This document shows positions 10,334-18,912 of a DNA stretch of 64,000 bases, one piece after another. This DNA comes from Candidatus Obscuribacterales bacterium (GTDB lineage Bacteria > Cyanobacteriota > Vampirovibrionia > Obscuribacterales > Obscuribacteraceae). Within the stretch, counting starts at the first letter, position 1. Each line of letters starts with the position of its first letter. The DNA is taken from contig CBDDIJ010000003.1 of the NCBI GenBank assembly GCA_965228855.1, positions 2,176,001 to 2,240,000 of the forward strand, in the 5' to 3' direction. The notes below the pieces were generated by a model that saw nothing but the letters and a program-made list of their open reading frames with translations, did not search any database and had not been told where the DNA came from. Made by a program: the position numbers and the translations under genes.

Positions 10334-10756
10334 ATGAGCGACATCACCAGAGTTTTTATAGTCGAGCAAGACGAGCCAGCGCTCATCATGCTGAATCTTT
10401 ATCTCGACCAGTTCGACGATATCGAAATCGTAGGCAGCGCCACGGCTCGTCCCGAGCTTGAGCAGCAAATCGGTCGGGCAAAGCCGGACGTTGTAATCTA
10501 CAACTTACCGTCGTTGTCTGAGACCCTTCCGAGCCTCATAAGTAATCTCAAGTCGAGATCCACCTGTCCGGCTCTTGTGTGCATCAGAGAAGGCAATTTC
10601 CTGCCCCTCGAAGGCACATTCAGGCAAACGCCTGAGGCATTGCTTCCGTCGTTTACGACGGTGACCAATTTGGTGGAGACGATTCGCCGTTCCGCCGCCA
10701 AGTACAAAGTCTCAGCCCAGGTTTCAGCTCAGCTGCCCCTGTCCAAAGCCGGCTAA
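10334..10756 (+). CDS. Atypical (pseudo) receiver-domain protein
   Basis: RVFIVE...DIEIVGSA...KPDVVIYN resembles NarL-type receivers, but the phosphoacceptor position is Asn; no output domain. Confidence 0.7.
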   Translation: MSDITRVFIVEQDEPALIMLNLYLDQFDDIEIVGSATARPELEQQIGRAKPDVVIYNLPSLSETLPSLISNLKSRSTCPALVCIREGNFLPLEGTFRQTPEALLPSFTTVTNLVETIRRSAAKYKVSAQVSAQLPLSKAG

Positions 10757-10776
10757 AACAACAAGTTATAGGGATC

Positions 10777-10814
10777 GCCGCCCTGGCTCTTCGGAGTCAG
10801 GGCGGTTTTCTTTT
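10777..10814 (+). terminator. Rho-independent terminator
   Basis: 13 bp stem GCCGCCCTGGCTC-TTCG-GAGTCAGGGCGGT (two G-U pairs) with a C(UUCG)G loop, followed by TTTCTTTT. Confidence 0.9.
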
Positions 10815-10885
10815 GCTCCCAGGATCGGCAAACTTGTGCCGCCGGCAGCAACTGACCAACGCTTTCGCCAAAATGCTAAAACAAA

Positions 10886-12634
10886 ATGCGGTTGGCAAGA
10901 GTTAAGCGGCCGGTCGCTACAATGGAATTATTGAACACCAAGCTTGTAGAACTCGCGAGGCGTCAAAGCAACGGACCCGACATCCTAGCAAAGCAATCCC
11001 AATTGATTTCCCCTATCGCAGCTCTTTGCCTTTCTCTTTTCGGCCTACTTTGTGGTCTGGTCGTAGCTCGCGTCATGCTCGTTAGGTCTCTGTCCGCGAG
11101 TGGAAAACACCTCTCGAAGATGGAGTCTTTTATAGAGGAACTTCCAATTCGAATTTCAGGTATCACGACGAGCAGCGGTTTAAACGCAACTGCAGTTACA
11201 TCGGCAGCCAATTCAGGTGACGGTGATTTGGAGATTAGCACCGTATATGCTACTACCAGCGACACCACATCAGGATTTATCACTACATCTGGTTCCACCA
11301 CCACATACGGTTCTACCACCACATCCGGCACCAACACTACATCCGGTTCCACTCTCACTGACGACCAATCAACCTCATCTGGTTTCGCAACCACACCCGG
11401 TTCTAATACCACAGGTAGTACCAACAGCAATACCGCTTGTGGTGCTACATCCGGTTCACTGTCAGTTTCCACCAATCAGCAGCCCTTATCAAACCGCCAA
11501 CCGGCCGGTACTACAAAAGCCGTAGCTCTGTTAACCCAGAGTTCGAGACCGTATTCGCAGACATTGAAACCTGCTGAGATTGCGTTTCTTATCCGAGGCG
11601 GTGACATAAATCATACGATTATCGTGCTCACCGTTGACTTGATTCAGCGAGCAATCAAAGCAAATACAACTTCGTTCTCAGAAACTCTCGCCGACTACGA
11701 AAAGAGCATGTGGCGCATCGTCACCCGCTCTGTAAAGGACTGGGCATCGCAGAAGGTTCAACAAACGGTCGTGTCAGGCGCGAAGAACCCGGTAGCGGCT
11801 GTTCGAAGAATAGTGTTCCTCTACAACTTCATTCGCAATTCGCTGCGTGGTTTGATAGCGGACACTATCGCGGATCCGAGACAATTGAAGAAATACTTTT
11901 CACCTACCGGTCTCATCAGAATTTTCATAGACTTCACCAGTCAAGGCTACAAGCAAACTTTCCAGGAAGAGCTACGCAAAAGCCTTTTGCGAAGAGGCCT
12001 GCTCGTACCTGAAGGAGCTCGAGAGAGCGTAGGAAAACGTTTCTTTGCGATTGGCGTAGTCGGTTTAATCGCCACATTGATAACAGCGTATTGTTTCCTT
12101 CCAAACGGAGCGGTTGCATTCATCACATGGTTCGCGGCTCTAGCCGGCGGTTTCGTGGCGAGGACTTTGCTAGCCCTGAGACATCTGGTGCCTTACTTCG
12201 ACGAGATCGCCGTCGTGGTCGGCCAGGTACGCAGAAAAAGCTTCCGATTGACTATAGTCAAAATTTTGTTGCGCTCCGTCAGTGCAATTTCGTGGCTCGC
12301 ACTCGCTCTTTCGCTTGGATTTACGCTGAGCTTCGGGTTTATCTTCATCAAAGCGTTCTCAGCCAGCGCAGGCTGGACTGATTTCGGCGCGCTCGCCGCC
12401 ATGACGGTAGCTAATTTTGCGATCGCCGATTTTGTTTTCAACGGCGTGAGATTAAACATCGACGAGTGCCCGACCAGAATCGCCGAAAAGCAACTTGAAC
12501 AGATGCGTAAGGAGCTGGAGCACGTCAGCCCGCTCGAAACCTTTCGCACAATGCTGGCATCGCCGAACTACGACCCGACATTCTCGAAAATCCTTGCCCT
12601 GTATGGAATCGAGACTCTATTGATCCTCATCTGA
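10886..12634 (+). CDS. Membrane protein, TIGR04222-like, with Ser/Thr low-complexity insert
   Basis: N-terminal TM; LKPAEIAFLIRGG and LRKSLLRRGLL segments resemble TIGR04222 membrane proteins; about 4 more TMs; start may be ATG 10922. Confidence 0.6.
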   Translation: MRLARVKRPVATMELLNTKLVELARRQSNGPDILAKQSQLISPIAALCLSLFGLLCGLVVARVMLVRSLSASGKHLSKMESFIEELPIRISGITTSSGLNATAVTSAANSGDGDLEISTVYATTSDTTSGFITTSGSTTTYGSTTTSGTNTTSGSTLTDDQSTSSGFATTPGSNTTGSTNSNTACGATSGSLSVSTNQQPLSNRQPAGTTKAVALLTQSSRPYSQTLKPAEIAFLIRGGDINHTIIVLTVDLIQRAIKANTTSFSETLADYEKSMWRIVTRSVKDWASQKVQQTVVSGAKNPVAAVRRIVFLYNFIRNSLRGLIADTIADPRQLKKYFSPTGLIRIFIDFTSQGYKQTFQEELRKSLLRRGLLVPEGARESVGKRFFAIGVVGLIATLITAYCFLPNGAVAFITWFAALAGGFVARTLLALRHLVPYFDEIAVVVGQVRRKSFRLTIVKILLRSVSAISWLALALSLGFTLSFGFIFIKAFSASAGWTDFGALAAMTVANFAIADFVFNGVRLNIDECPTRIAEKQLEQMRKELEHVSPLETFRTMLASPNYDPTFSKILALYGIETLLILI

Positions 12635-12723
12635 CCACGGTCGATCCGCCGACCGTTTAATTATCGGATCTTGATAGAGAAATCTCCATTATTGGGCAGA
12701 ACTAAGGCATATCTCGTATTTTC

Positions 12724-12740
12724 AGTGATTTACAATCACT
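12724..12740. promoter_or_regulatory. Palindromic operator candidate overlapping a -10 box
   Basis: AGTGATT-TAC-AATCACT perfect 7-3-7 inverted repeat containing TACAAT, 26 nt before the SDR ATG at 12767. Confidence 0.5.
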
Positions 12741-12766
12741 TCTCGGTCAGGTTCGATCCTCCAACT

Positions 12767-13663
12767 ATGGGCAACAAAGGGCTCAAGCACGCATTCCCCG
12801 GAATAATCACCGGTGCCTCAACTGGCATTGGTCGGGGGTTGGCTATTAAACTGGCCGCCGACCACAAGGCGCGGCTGGTCATAAATGCGCGCAGCCAGGA
12901 CAGCCTGGAAGAAACCAAGAAAGTCGTTGAGTCCAACGGAGGTCAGGCATTCGCCGTCGTTGGCGACATCGCCGATCCCGAGGTGCGCCACCGCATGGTC
13001 GAGACCTGTCTCAGAGAATTCGGCGGAATCGACCTGCTCGTCAACAATGCCGGTCTCGCGACACCGGGTCTCGTCACGAATCTTTCGACGGATGACTGGC
13101 GACAGGTATTCGAAGTCAATTTTTTTGCCTGTCTGGATAGCGTCTACCGGGTCTTGCCGCAGTTTCTGAAACAGGGTTACGGCAAAATCGTAAATATCTC
13201 TTCCGTCGCTGGCAAAGTCGCCTTTGCCGGCAGTGTCTGCTACGCATCAAGCAAATTCGCGCTCACGGCAATGTCAAACGGCATGGCCGCAGAGTTTGCG
13301 CACAACAACATCGATGTCCTCACCGTTTGCCCCGGTTGGGTTCGCACCGAATTCTTCGAAAAAAATGCAGTCGCCGACGTCAAAAATCCGACTCTAATTG
13401 CTCAGCAGAATGACCTGCGCGGCTGGTTGATGAAAAATGTCCTCTCCATCTCGACCGAGCAAGCAGTCGACGATATTGAAGTTGCCTTAAACAAAGGTGG
13501 CAGCCATGAGATCATCATGACGGCGCCGGGCAAATTTATAGAAAGGCTCCAGGGCTTGACGCCAAACCTTCTCCACGCCGTCAACCGGCGGTTGCCGCTG
13601 GATGCTCTGGACAGCAGTCGAACGGAGAACAGGGTGAAGGAGGGGCCATCAATAAACCAATGA
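12767..13663 (+). CDS. Short-chain dehydrogenase/reductase (SDR)
   Basis: TGASTGIG Rossmann motif, NNAG, NISS, YASSK catalytic motif, PGWVRT; ATG 12767 preferred over TTG 12671. Confidence 0.95.
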   Translation: MGNKGLKHAFPGIITGASTGIGRGLAIKLAADHKARLVINARSQDSLEETKKVVESNGGQAFAVVGDIADPEVRHRMVETCLREFGGIDLLVNNAGLATPGLVTNLSTDDWRQVFEVNFFACLDSVYRVLPQFLKQGYGKIVNISSVAGKVAFAGSVCYASSKFALTAMSNGMAAEFAHNNIDVLTVCPGWVRTEFFEKNAVADVKNPTLIAQQNDLRGWLMKNVLSISTEQAVDDIEVALNKGGSHEIIMTAPGKFIERLQGLTPNLLHAVNRRLPLDALDSSRTENRVKEGPSINQ

Positions 13664-14331
13664 GCTCAGAATTGTCGCCTAAACCTGAATTTGACATGGA
13701 CGATTTCCTGGAGAAAGTCTCCGGCTATCGCTATGAGCTTCGCAAGGAGCGCCAGGTCAAACAAAAGGTCAAGGCGGCTATGTCCACTCTCGGTGCTGCA
13801 ATAGTGCATCTCTGCCAGTTAGTTGGCGAACAATTCAAGGACGACGACCCGGCCATCGCCGGTGCGGTTAAACAGCCGCTACTGTCCGCCGACCTCCTCG
13901 ACGACGCCGTGCTCGTGAAGTCGGGCAAGCGCCATCTAACGTTCATGACCCTATACGGTGTGGGCAATGACCGCGAACTGCCCGGCGGGCGTCAGGAACG
14001 CTGCGGCAATATCGGAGCGTACGCCCATCTCAGCGATCAGGAGAAGGCTCCGTTGTCCTCGCGCTTGATGATTTACGGCAACGGCGACATCTCCGATGGC
14101 GTTTCGACCTGGAATCTCAGTGAGGGAATTCAAGGTTTCATGCCCTATCTGACGAGAGTCCTGAGCCGATACATTTTTCAAATGGATACGTACTGGGCGA
14201 AAACCGACCAGATGCCTGTACCTTTCTCGAAAGCGCATGTCATCGACGGAATGCTTTATATAGACGATCTGCGCCGGCAGGCGATTTCGTTCACTGTCAG
14301 CGAGATTCTGGAAGACAAAAAAGACGAGTAA
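13660..14331 (+). CDS. Hypothetical protein translationally coupled to the SDR
   Basis: 223-aa ORF with an ATGA overlap on the SDR stop; no motif recognised. Confidence 0.75.
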   Translation: MSSELSPKPEFDMDDFLEKVSGYRYELRKERQVKQKVKAAMSTLGAAIVHLCQLVGEQFKDDDPAIAGAVKQPLLSADLLDDAVLVKSGKRHLTFMTLYGVGNDRELPGGRQERCGNIGAYAHLSDQEKAPLSSRLMIYGNGDISDGVSTWNLSEGIQGFMPYLTRVLSRYIFQMDTYWAKTDQMPVPFSKAHVIDGMLYIDDLRRQAISFTVSEILEDKKDE

Positions 14332-14432
14332 ACTGCGCTAGCAACAACTTGCTTCGCCGCGAAGCCGCGGAAAACCAGCGTACCGCACGGTAAACCAGTG
14401 TAATCCCCAGTTTGAACATTCCGGCAGTCATG

Positions 14433-14462
14433 TTGGCTTGAATAGTTTTCGTTATCTATAAT
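14433..14462 (+). promoter_or_regulatory. Putative sigma70 promoter of the kinase pair
   Basis: TTGGCT-18 nt-TATAAT; the -10 overlaps the ORF-track ATG, which points to the GTG at 14506 as start. Confidence 0.5.
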
Positions 14463-14505
14463 GCGAGTAGGTCCACCGCGTTTCGCCAGTGAGAATAAAT
14501 TTGTT

Positions 14506-15978
14506 GTGGCAGAACTTGAACTGACAATTCCTCTGAAGAGCAATGTGTGCAAAGTCGGCATGGGCGTCATGGCGATTCTGATGCCGGTATGGGCTATCGG
14601 AATCCCGTTTTGCCTGGGGCTTACGACCAGCATGGTCCTTCGCAATCCAAATGTGATGAACCCGCTTGCCGCGATAGTGTTTTTCTCCTTGATGATTCTA
14701 ATCCCGACTGTGTCTGTCATTCTCGCAGCTATTTTCGAGGACGACGTCTTGCTCGTGAGCAAAGAAGGTATCGCTTTCCCTCTCAGGATGCTGGGTCGGC
14801 TCGGTTTCAGACGCGCACGTCACTGGTCCGATCTTCAGGCCGCATCAATTCAACTAACCGAAACATCAGGCAAGGAGCCCAAAGGCAATTTGAGTTTGTT
14901 TTTCGGATCAGGCGGCAACGCCACAGTTCAAATCGACAAATTCTCGTCTAACGACCTTGAGCAGCTGCTTCTTGCAATTGAGATCTGGGGATCAAACTGC
15001 AAACGCGATCCTGAACTCATCCAATTCCACAATCAGTATCAAAATGAAAACCGCGGCGTAGAGTCGCTCAGCTACACGCAAATGTGGGAGGAAGAACTGA
15101 GCCGGCGTTTTGCAAGTACGTCCTTCGTGCCGTTGGAACCTGGACATGTGCTTAAAAACGGTTCGCTCAAAGTTCTCCGTCAACTTGCATTCGGCGGACT
15201 CTCCGCCATTTATCTGGCACAAGAAGATAAGAAGGGCGTTGTCGTTTTGAAAGAGGCGGTGATACCGCCAAACTCTGATGAAAGCCAGCGTGCCAAGGCG
15301 CTTGAGATGTTCGAACGTGAGGCAAAGTTTCTGGTTAGACTCGACCACGATCAAATAGCGAAGGTTCACGATCACTTTCAAGAGGATGGGCGAAACTACC
15401 TGGTCCTCGATTACATACGCGGGCAGGACCTTCGCCAGTTGGTAAAACAAAACGGTGCGCAGCCGGAAGAAAAAGTTGTCGACTGGGGTCATCAAATCTC
15501 CGATATTCTCGCGTACCTTCACGATCAAAACCCACCAATCATTCACCGGGATTTGACGCCGGACAACCTCGTTCTCGACAACGAGGGCAGAGTTATGCTG
15601 ATTGACTTTGGCGCGGCAAATGAATTTGTTGGCACCGCCACTGGTACCTTGGTCGGAAAGCAAGCTTACATCTCACCGGAACAGCTGCGTGGAAAAGCAT
15701 CGACATCAAGCGACATCTACGCGCTTGGTGGCACATTGCACTTTCTGCTTACTGGAACCGATCCCGAGGCGCTGAGCGCATCGAGGCCGAAGTCGCAGAA
15801 CGAAAGTGTTTCTAGTGCGGTTGATGATCTGGTTAAGCAGTGTACGGAAATGGAAGAGCACGATCGTTTCCCTCATGCACGAGACATCAAAGCGGTTCTG
15901 GCAAAACTGCATGAAGAAAATTTGGCGAAAAAACCGGCTCCGGTAGATGCTGAAGCAGAGCCGGCGGCGAGCACTTGA
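14506..15978 (+). CDS. Membrane Ser/Thr protein kinase (2 TM, PH-like linker, C-terminal kinase)
   Basis: LAFGGLSAIY, VLKE, FEREA, IIHRDLTPDN, IDFG, YISPEQ and SDIYALG; two N-terminal TM helices. Confidence 0.93.
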   Translation: MAELELTIPLKSNVCKVGMGVMAILMPVWAIGIPFCLGLTTSMVLRNPNVMNPLAAIVFFSLMILIPTVSVILAAIFEDDVLLVSKEGIAFPLRMLGRLGFRRARHWSDLQAASIQLTETSGKEPKGNLSLFFGSGGNATVQIDKFSSNDLEQLLLAIEIWGSNCKRDPELIQFHNQYQNENRGVESLSYTQMWEEELSRRFASTSFVPLEPGHVLKNGSLKVLRQLAFGGLSAIYLAQEDKKGVVVLKEAVIPPNSDESQRAKALEMFEREAKFLVRLDHDQIAKVHDHFQEDGRNYLVLDYIRGQDLRQLVKQNGAQPEEKVVDWGHQISDILAYLHDQNPPIIHRDLTPDNLVLDNEGRVMLIDFGAANEFVGTATGTLVGKQAYISPEQLRGKASTSSDIYALGGTLHFLLTGTDPEALSASRPKSQNESVSSAVDDLVKQCTEMEEHDRFPHARDIKAVLAKLHEENLAKKPAPVDAEAEPAAST

Positions 15979-15991
15979 GGAACTGGCAAAG

Positions 15992-17818
15992 ATGAGTAAA
16001 AACGAACTGGTTCAATACCGAGTCAATCAAAACGCTCTCGCCAAGCCGGTCGAAGAGGAACTTCTGATTGCCTATCGTCCGTTTCACAATACTGAGAAAT
16101 GGATAGAATATCGCTTCAACGAATGGAACACATGGAAAGCCTGGGCTGCTCTGGGTTTCGTCATACTCTTTTTCGTGATGGGTGGTCCGCAATTTGTGAT
16201 GGACATCCTCCAGGCTCTTACCGGTGGGGCAAGCGCTGGGGGAAGTCTCATCCCTGACAAGCCTATGGATTCAGGCACAATACAGCCTATGTTGGACGGA
16301 ATGAAAAACAATTTTCAGCCACCTCCGCCGATTATCGAGCCAGGAAGCGGAGCGGCTTCCTTCACGAGCGCAAAAGTCGTCGAGTGGTTTGCAATCGCTA
16401 TGAGCGTTGGTGGTGTCGGTGCATATGGTTTGATGCAGCGAAAGCCAACTCACCTCTTATTGAACGATCACGGCATAGCCTGGGAGTGGCGCCGCTCCCT
16501 GATGAACTTCGGTCACATGGTGCCCTGGTCGGCAATCACACATATCGGCGTGACCTGGCCGGAGAACAGAACATCACCGCAAGACAGCTTGTTAACGTTC
16601 TCCACAGCCTCTAACCCGCAAGCTATGCAGATAAAGCTTGGTGGCATTGCAACCACGGAAGAACGCGAACAATTTCTCAAATGTCTTGAAACCTGGGCTC
16701 CGGACGTTTCAAAAGACGCCCAGGTCTACGATGTGCTGACGCCTCCGCCAGACCACAGCTATACGGAATTGTGGTTGCAAGCCCTTTCCGCTCCGCCGAA
16801 ACGCGAGCGTTTGACACCACTGATAGCGGGTGCAGTACTGGGAGAGGGAAACTACACGATCGTCTCTCAACTCGGTGTCGGAGGTCAAGGGACGGCCTAT
16901 CTTTCGACAATGCCTGATGGAATGGAGGTCGTTTTAAAAGAGTTCATTCTCCCCGTTTATGTTGATATAAACATCAGGCGCCAGGCGTTAGAACGCATGC
17001 AAAATGAAGTTCAAATGCTGAAGAAGCTGGACAACGACCGAATCGTGAAGCTGAGAGATTTCTTTATTGAAGATCATCGCGGCTATCTCGTTCTTGAACT
17101 TATTGATGGCGATTCTTTGAGAACGATGGTGAATAAAAACGGAAAGCTCGATGAGAAGACCGTCATCGGACTCATGCACCAGATGTGCGATATGCTCGAA
17201 TATTTGCACAGTCTGTCACCGCCTGTAGTGCATAGAGATTTCACGCCGGATAATTTGATTTTAGGAAGCGATGGTATTTTGAAACTGGTTGACTTCAATG
17301 TCGCTCAACAGAAAGATGTCACCGCTACCGGTACCGTGGTAGGTAAGCATGCTTACATCCCGCCAGAGCAGTTTCGCGGAAAACCCAACCACCAGAGCGA
17401 TATCTACGCGATGGGAGCATCGGTTTACTTCTTGTTGATTGGAGAAGATCCGCAGCCAATTACATCCTCACGTCCCAAAGAAGCTGATGAAAACGTCAGC
17501 CATGGTTTAGATCACATTGTCGCTCGTGCCACCGCACTCGATACCGCTTACAGATATCCCTCCGCACAGGATTTACGGGCAGAGCTGGCATATTTAGCGA
17601 AGAACGGTCATGTCAGACCGCAATTAGAAACCAAAGAATCAACTGACTCCGCGGAGGCAGGCACAACTGAAGCTGCCGCAGATGTCGCGGTCGCGAACAC
17701 AGCGGAACCCGACGGGGAAAGCACGGTCGCGAGCACGGCGGAGAACACAGGGGAAAGCGCGGTCGCGAACTCGGTTGAATCCGTAGGCGAAAGCGAAGTT
17801 TCCAACACTAGCGCTTAA
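15992..17818 (+). CDS. Membrane Ser/Thr protein kinase, paralog of the upstream kinase
   Basis: ATG 15992 after GAGGA; LGVGGQGTAY, VLKE, VVHRDFTPDN, VDFN, YIPPEQ and SDIYAMG; two TM helices; acidic S/T tail. Confidence 0.92.
   Translation: MSKNELVQYRVNQNALAKPVEEELLIAYRPFHNTEKWIEYRFNEWNTWKAWAALGFVILFFVMGGPQFVMDILQALTGGASAGGSLIPDKPMDSGTIQPMLDGMKNNFQPPPPIIEPGSGAASFTSAKVVEWFAIAMSVGGVGAYGLMQRKPTHLLLNDHGIAWEWRRSLMNFGHMVPWSAITHIGVTWPENRTSPQDSLLTFSTASNPQAMQIKLGGIATTEEREQFLKCLETWAPDVSKDAQVYDVLTPPPDHSYTELWLQALSAPPKRERLTPLIAGAVLGEGNYTIVSQLGVGGQGTAYLSTMPDGMEVVLKEFILPVYVDINIRRQALERMQNEVQMLKKLDNDRIVKLRDFFIEDHRGYLVLELIDGDSLRTMVNKNGKLDEKTVIGLMHQMCDMLEYLHSLSPPVVHRDFTPDNLILGSDGILKLVDFNVAQQKDVTATGTVVGKHAYIPPEQFRGKPNHQSDIYAMGASVYFLLIGEDPQPITSSRPKEADENVSHGLDHIVARATALDTAYRYPSAQDLRAELAYLAKNGHVRPQLETKESTDSAEAGTTEAAADVAVANTAEPDGESTVASTAENTGESAVANSVESVGESEVSNTSA
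17687..17815 (+). repeat. 36 nt (12 aa) coding tandem repeat, about 3.5 copies
   Basis: AVANTAEPDGES / TVASTAENTGES / AVANSVESVGES / EVSNTSA. Confidence 0.75.
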
Positions 17819-17843
17819 CGGTTCCGATCCTGCAGAAAAGAAT

Positions 17844-18797
17844 TCAGTCCAGAGCGGACTCCTCTTCTTCAAGTATCGAGTCAATTCGACGTCGGATGGC
17901 AGCAGCATCAGCGTCGCGATCGGTTTTTCTCAATAAATCGGCATATTGTTCAAGGCATGATAGAACGTTCTGATGTTCCGGTCCCAGAGCCTCTTCGAAA
18001 ATTTCGACAGCTCGCAAATAGAGCGATTCGGCTCGAACGTATGTTCCATGCTTGTGGTACAGAGAGGCAAGAGAAGCCAGGCTCTCTGCGACTTTCGGAT
18101 GGTCCGGACTGAGCAATTTCTCTCGAATCCCAAGCACGCGACGCAATAAAGGCTCTGCTTTGTTGTAATCTTTGTCGTCAGTAAATAATTCAGCCATACA
18201 GAGAAGTGTATTCGCAACTTCCGGATGCTCACGTCCGTAGTAGCCTTCCTGGGTGTGTAGAACCTGGCGAAATACGTGCTCGGCTTCTTCGGATCTTCCG
18301 TGTTCGGCATAGAGCAGAGCAAGATTAAATTGAATCTCGGCGACTTCGAGATGGTCATCGCCTACAAAGCGCTGACGAATCTCGCAGGCGCGCTTATAAA
18401 GCAACTCGGCGCGATCCATGCTTCCCAGATATCTGTAAAGGTCAGCCAGATTATTCATCGCGGTCGCAAGTGTCGGGTGCTCGAAACCCAGAGACTTCTC
18501 CTGTATAGCCAGAGCCTGACGAAACAGGGGTTCAGCCTCTGCAAGCCGGTGCTGTGCCATGTAGACCATGGCGAGGTGATTCATCGCAGTGCCCACTTCC
18601 GGATGATCAACAGCCAGCGCCTTGTTTCGAATATCCAGAGCACGCTTCATGAAGCCCTCAGCCTCTTCGAAGCGGCTTTCGTGATAAAGCAGCAGTCCTA
18701 TCGAAGTCAGATACTCCGCCAGTTCAGGGTTTTCAGCCCCCAGCGAAGATTCGAGTTGGGGCAACAAAGACAGTAGAGCTTCGATATTTTCGTTCAT
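17844..18797 (-). CDS. TPR protein with 42-aa kinesin-light-chain-like repeats
   Basis: Recurrent [DE]HP.VA....LA units at 42-aa spacing, about 7 copies. Confidence 0.92.
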   Translation of the reverse strand: MNENIEALLSLLPQLESSLGAENPELAEYLTSIGLLLYHESRFEEAEGFMKRALDIRNKALAVDHPEVGTAMNHLAMVYMAQHRLAEAEPLFRQALAIQEKSLGFEHPTLATAMNNLADLYRYLGSMDRAELLYKRACEIRQRFVGDDHLEVAEIQFNLALLYAEHGRSEEAEHVFRQVLHTQEGYYGREHPEVANTLLCMAELFTDDKDYNKAEPLLRRVLGIREKLLSPDHPKVAESLASLASLYHKHGTYVRAESLYLRAVEIFEEALGPEHQNVLSCLEQYADLLRKTDRDADAAAIRRRIDSILEEEESALD

Positions 18798-18912
18798 TAC
18801 GTGCTGCGTAGCCGGCCTTATTCGAGCTTATCACGTCCAACATTTTATCTGTGCCCAGCTTGACCAACTTTGTATTGCCGGTCCAGAAAACGGTTGCGAT
18901 TAGAAACAGCGA

